From the NCBI RefSeq assembly GCF_964213995.1, contig NW_027590154.1:806001-870000 (forward strand): 64,000 nt of DNA, in the 5' to 3' direction. Shown here piece by piece: positions 61,725-64,000 of this stretch. Both the position numbers and the translations under genes were made by a program. The first letter of the stretch is position 1; the number at the start of each line of letters is the position of its first letter. The notes beneath the pieces were generated by a model that worked only from the letters and a program-made list of their open reading frames with translations, ran no database searches and was not told the origin of the DNA. Source of the DNA: Mustelus asterias. Lineage: Eukaryota.

Positions 61725-63035
61725 GTGAGTAGTGACCCGACTCATATTCTGTGTAAACGAGGCTTCAACTCATCATCCAACCTGGAGTCACACGAGGACA
61801 CCGGCAGCACAGAGAAACCATTGAAATGTGGGGACTGTGGGAGGGGATTCAATTACCCGTCCGAATTGGATATTCATCGTCGCATTCACACTGGAGAGAG
61901 GCCGTTCACCTGCTCTGAGTGTGGGAAAGGATTTGCTTACTCATCCAGCCTCTATACACACCGGCGTGTTCACACTGGTGAGAGGCCGTTCACCTGCCTC
62001 GAATGTGGGAGGGGATGTCATGCTTTATCAAGCCTCCTGATTCACCGGCAAGTTCACTCCGATCAGAGACCGTTTCAATGTTCTGATTGTGAGAAAAGCT
62101 TTAAAAGCACAAAGGACCTCCTGAGACACCAGCGCACTCACATGGCGGTGAGACCGTTCACCTGCTCAGTGTGTGGGAAGGGATTCACTCAGTCATCCCA
62201 CCTTCTGACACACCAACTTGTTCACACTGATCGGAGACCATTTCAATGTTCTGACTGTGAGAAGAGGTTTAAAAGTAAAAATGATTTACAAGTCCATCAG
62301 CGCACTCACACTGGGGAGAAGCCATTCACCTGCTCCGTGTGTGAGAGGAGATTCGGACGTTTATCCCAGCTGCAAACACACCAGCGAGTTCACTCTGATA
62401 AGAGACCATTTCAGTGTTCTGACTGTGAGAAGAGCTTTAAAAGTAAACAGGATTTGGTGACACACCAGCGAGTTCACACTGGGGAGAAACCGTTCACCTG
62501 CTCGGTGTGTGGGATGGGATTCACCCATTCATCCCACTGTCTGAGACACCAGCGAGTTCACACCGGGGAGAAGACATTTATTTGCTGTGTGTGTGGGAAG
62601 GGATTCACTGATTCGCCCCACCTTCTGATACACGAGCGAATTCACACTGGGGAGAAACCCTTCGCTTGCTCCACATGTGGGAAACGATTCACTCAGCCAC
62701 CCCAGCTCATTGCACATCAACTGGTCCACACTGATCAGAGACCTTTTAAGTGTTCTGACTATGAGAAAAGTTTTAAAAGCACGAAGGACCTGCTGAGACA
62801 CCAGCAAATTCACACTGGGGAGAGATCATTCACCTGCTCCATGTGTGGGAAAAGGTTCACTCAGTCATCCCACCTGCTGAGACACCAGCAGGTTCACACA
62901 GGAGAGAGATCGTTCACCTGCTCCGTATGTGGGAAGAGATTTGCTCGGTCAGCCAATCTGCTGAGACACCAGCAAGTTCACAAGTCACTGCAGGGATTGG
63001 ATTCTGCTGTTGCTGCTAACCCCATGCAGGACTGA
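61725..63035 (+). CDS. C2H2 zinc-finger protein, 14 fingers (12th broken, C to Y); start codon uncertain
   Basis: Tandem CxxC...HxxxH with TGE(R/K)PF linkers; alternating CSDCEKSFKS finger type. Confidence 0.85.
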   Translation: MSSDPTHILCKRGFNSSSNLESHEDTGSTEKPLKCGDCGRGFNYPSELDIHRRIHTGERPFTCSECGKGFAYSSSLYTHRRVHTGERPFTCLECGRGCHALSSLLIHRQVHSDQRPFQCSDCEKSFKSTKDLLRHQRTHMAVRPFTCSVCGKGFTQSSHLLTHQLVHTDRRPFQCSDCEKRFKSKNDLQVHQRTHTGEKPFTCSVCERRFGRLSQLQTHQRVHSDKRPFQCSDCEKSFKSKQDLVTHQRVHTGEKPFTCSVCGMGFTHSSHCLRHQRVHTGEKTFICCVCGKGFTDSPHLLIHERIHTGEKPFACSTCGKRFTQPPQLIAHQLVHTDQRPFKCSDYEKSFKSTKDLLRHQQIHTGERSFTCSMCGKRFTQSSHLLRHQQVHTGERSFTCSVCGKRFARSANLLRHQQVHKSLQGLDSAVAANPMQD

Positions 63036-63054
63036 ATCATGTTCATTCTGTTAT

Positions 63055-64000
63055 TAAGGAGGCTGGGAGGGTGGAACACAGAGATAATCTCTGTACAATC
63101 AGGCAGAGTCAACATGGTTTTGTGCAAGGGAAATCACCTTTAATTGATTTATTGGATTTCTTTGAGGAAGTTACAAGCAATGTGGATAAAGTGGAACCTG
63201 TGGATGTGGTGTATTTAGATTTCCAGCAGGCATTTGACACATCAAAGTTTACCACACAAAATAAGAATTCGTAGCATAAGGCATAACATATTAGCATCCC
63301 ATCCACATCGGTTCTTTGTATTAGCATGGATAGAGGATTGATTAGCTAATGGGAAACAGAGAGGAGGGAGAAAGGAGTAACTTTTGGGATGGCAAGATGT
63401 AGCTTGTGGAGTGCCACAGGGATCAGTGCTGGGGCCTCAACTATTGACAAACTATTTTCATGACGTGGATGACAGGATCAAAATTTGCTGATAACACAAA
63501 GGGTAGGTCGGAAAGTGAGATGTGAATGACCATAACAAGCCTGCAAAGCGACATAGTGAGTGAGTGGGTAAAAAGTTGGTAGCTGGAACAAGATTTTTGG
63601 ATAATGTGAACTTGTCCATTTGGACAGGAAGGATGGAAAAGCAGTTGATTATTTAAAGAGAGCGATTGCAGGTACAGAGGGATCTGGGTGTCCTGGTACT
63701 GTAATCAGGAAACGTTAGTGTGTGGACACAGCAAATGATTAGAAAGGTAAATGAATTGTTGTTTATTGCAGGGATGTTTTGCTGCATTTGTTCAGGGTAT
63801 TGGTGAGACCACATCAAGAGTACTGTGTACAGTTTTGGTCTCCTTACTTCAGAGAGGACTTGTGTGAGAAGTAGTTCGGAGAAGGTTTACTTGACAGATT
63901 CCTGGGATGAGGGGGTTGTCATATGATGAAAAGTTGGACATGTTCGGCCTGTATCTATTGGGGTTTAGAGGAATGAGAGAGGATCTGATTGAAACATATA
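63055..64000 (+). mobile_element. Decayed CR1 LINE (runs off the window)
   Basis: QSQHGFVQGKS...VDVVYLDFQQAFD; GVPQGSVLGP. Confidence 0.88.

Overview
Eukaryotic, cartilaginous-fish (shark-type) genomic DNA; the species cannot be determined from the sequence. Positions ~5-47 kb look like part of the V region of the T-cell receptor alpha/delta (TRA/TRD) locus. There are nine TCR V segments in both orientations: two clearly intact, three with intact V exons but leader problems, and four pseudogenes. Seven have clear 23-bp-spacer recombination signal sequences (RSS); the other two have degenerate RSSs. The region also holds a NAR-TCR-type cassette on the minus strand (29.3-30.2 kb): an IgNAR-like V with a 12-RSS and an unusually long post-Cys tail, possibly a germline-joined V-D, plus a J with a 23-RSS. 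A two-exon GPR139-like GPCR gene lies among the V genes. From ~51 kb the window becomes a KRAB-less C2H2 zinc-finger cluster: one pseudogene and a head-to-head pair around a CpG-rich bidirectional promoter. Much of the rest is CR1/L2 LINE fragments, tRNA-derived SINEs and Penelope-like element ends. The Penelope ends carry minimal type I hammerhead ribozyme motifs with compensatory changes between copies. All identifications are by eye from motifs; no database searches were run, and repeat boundaries are approximate.
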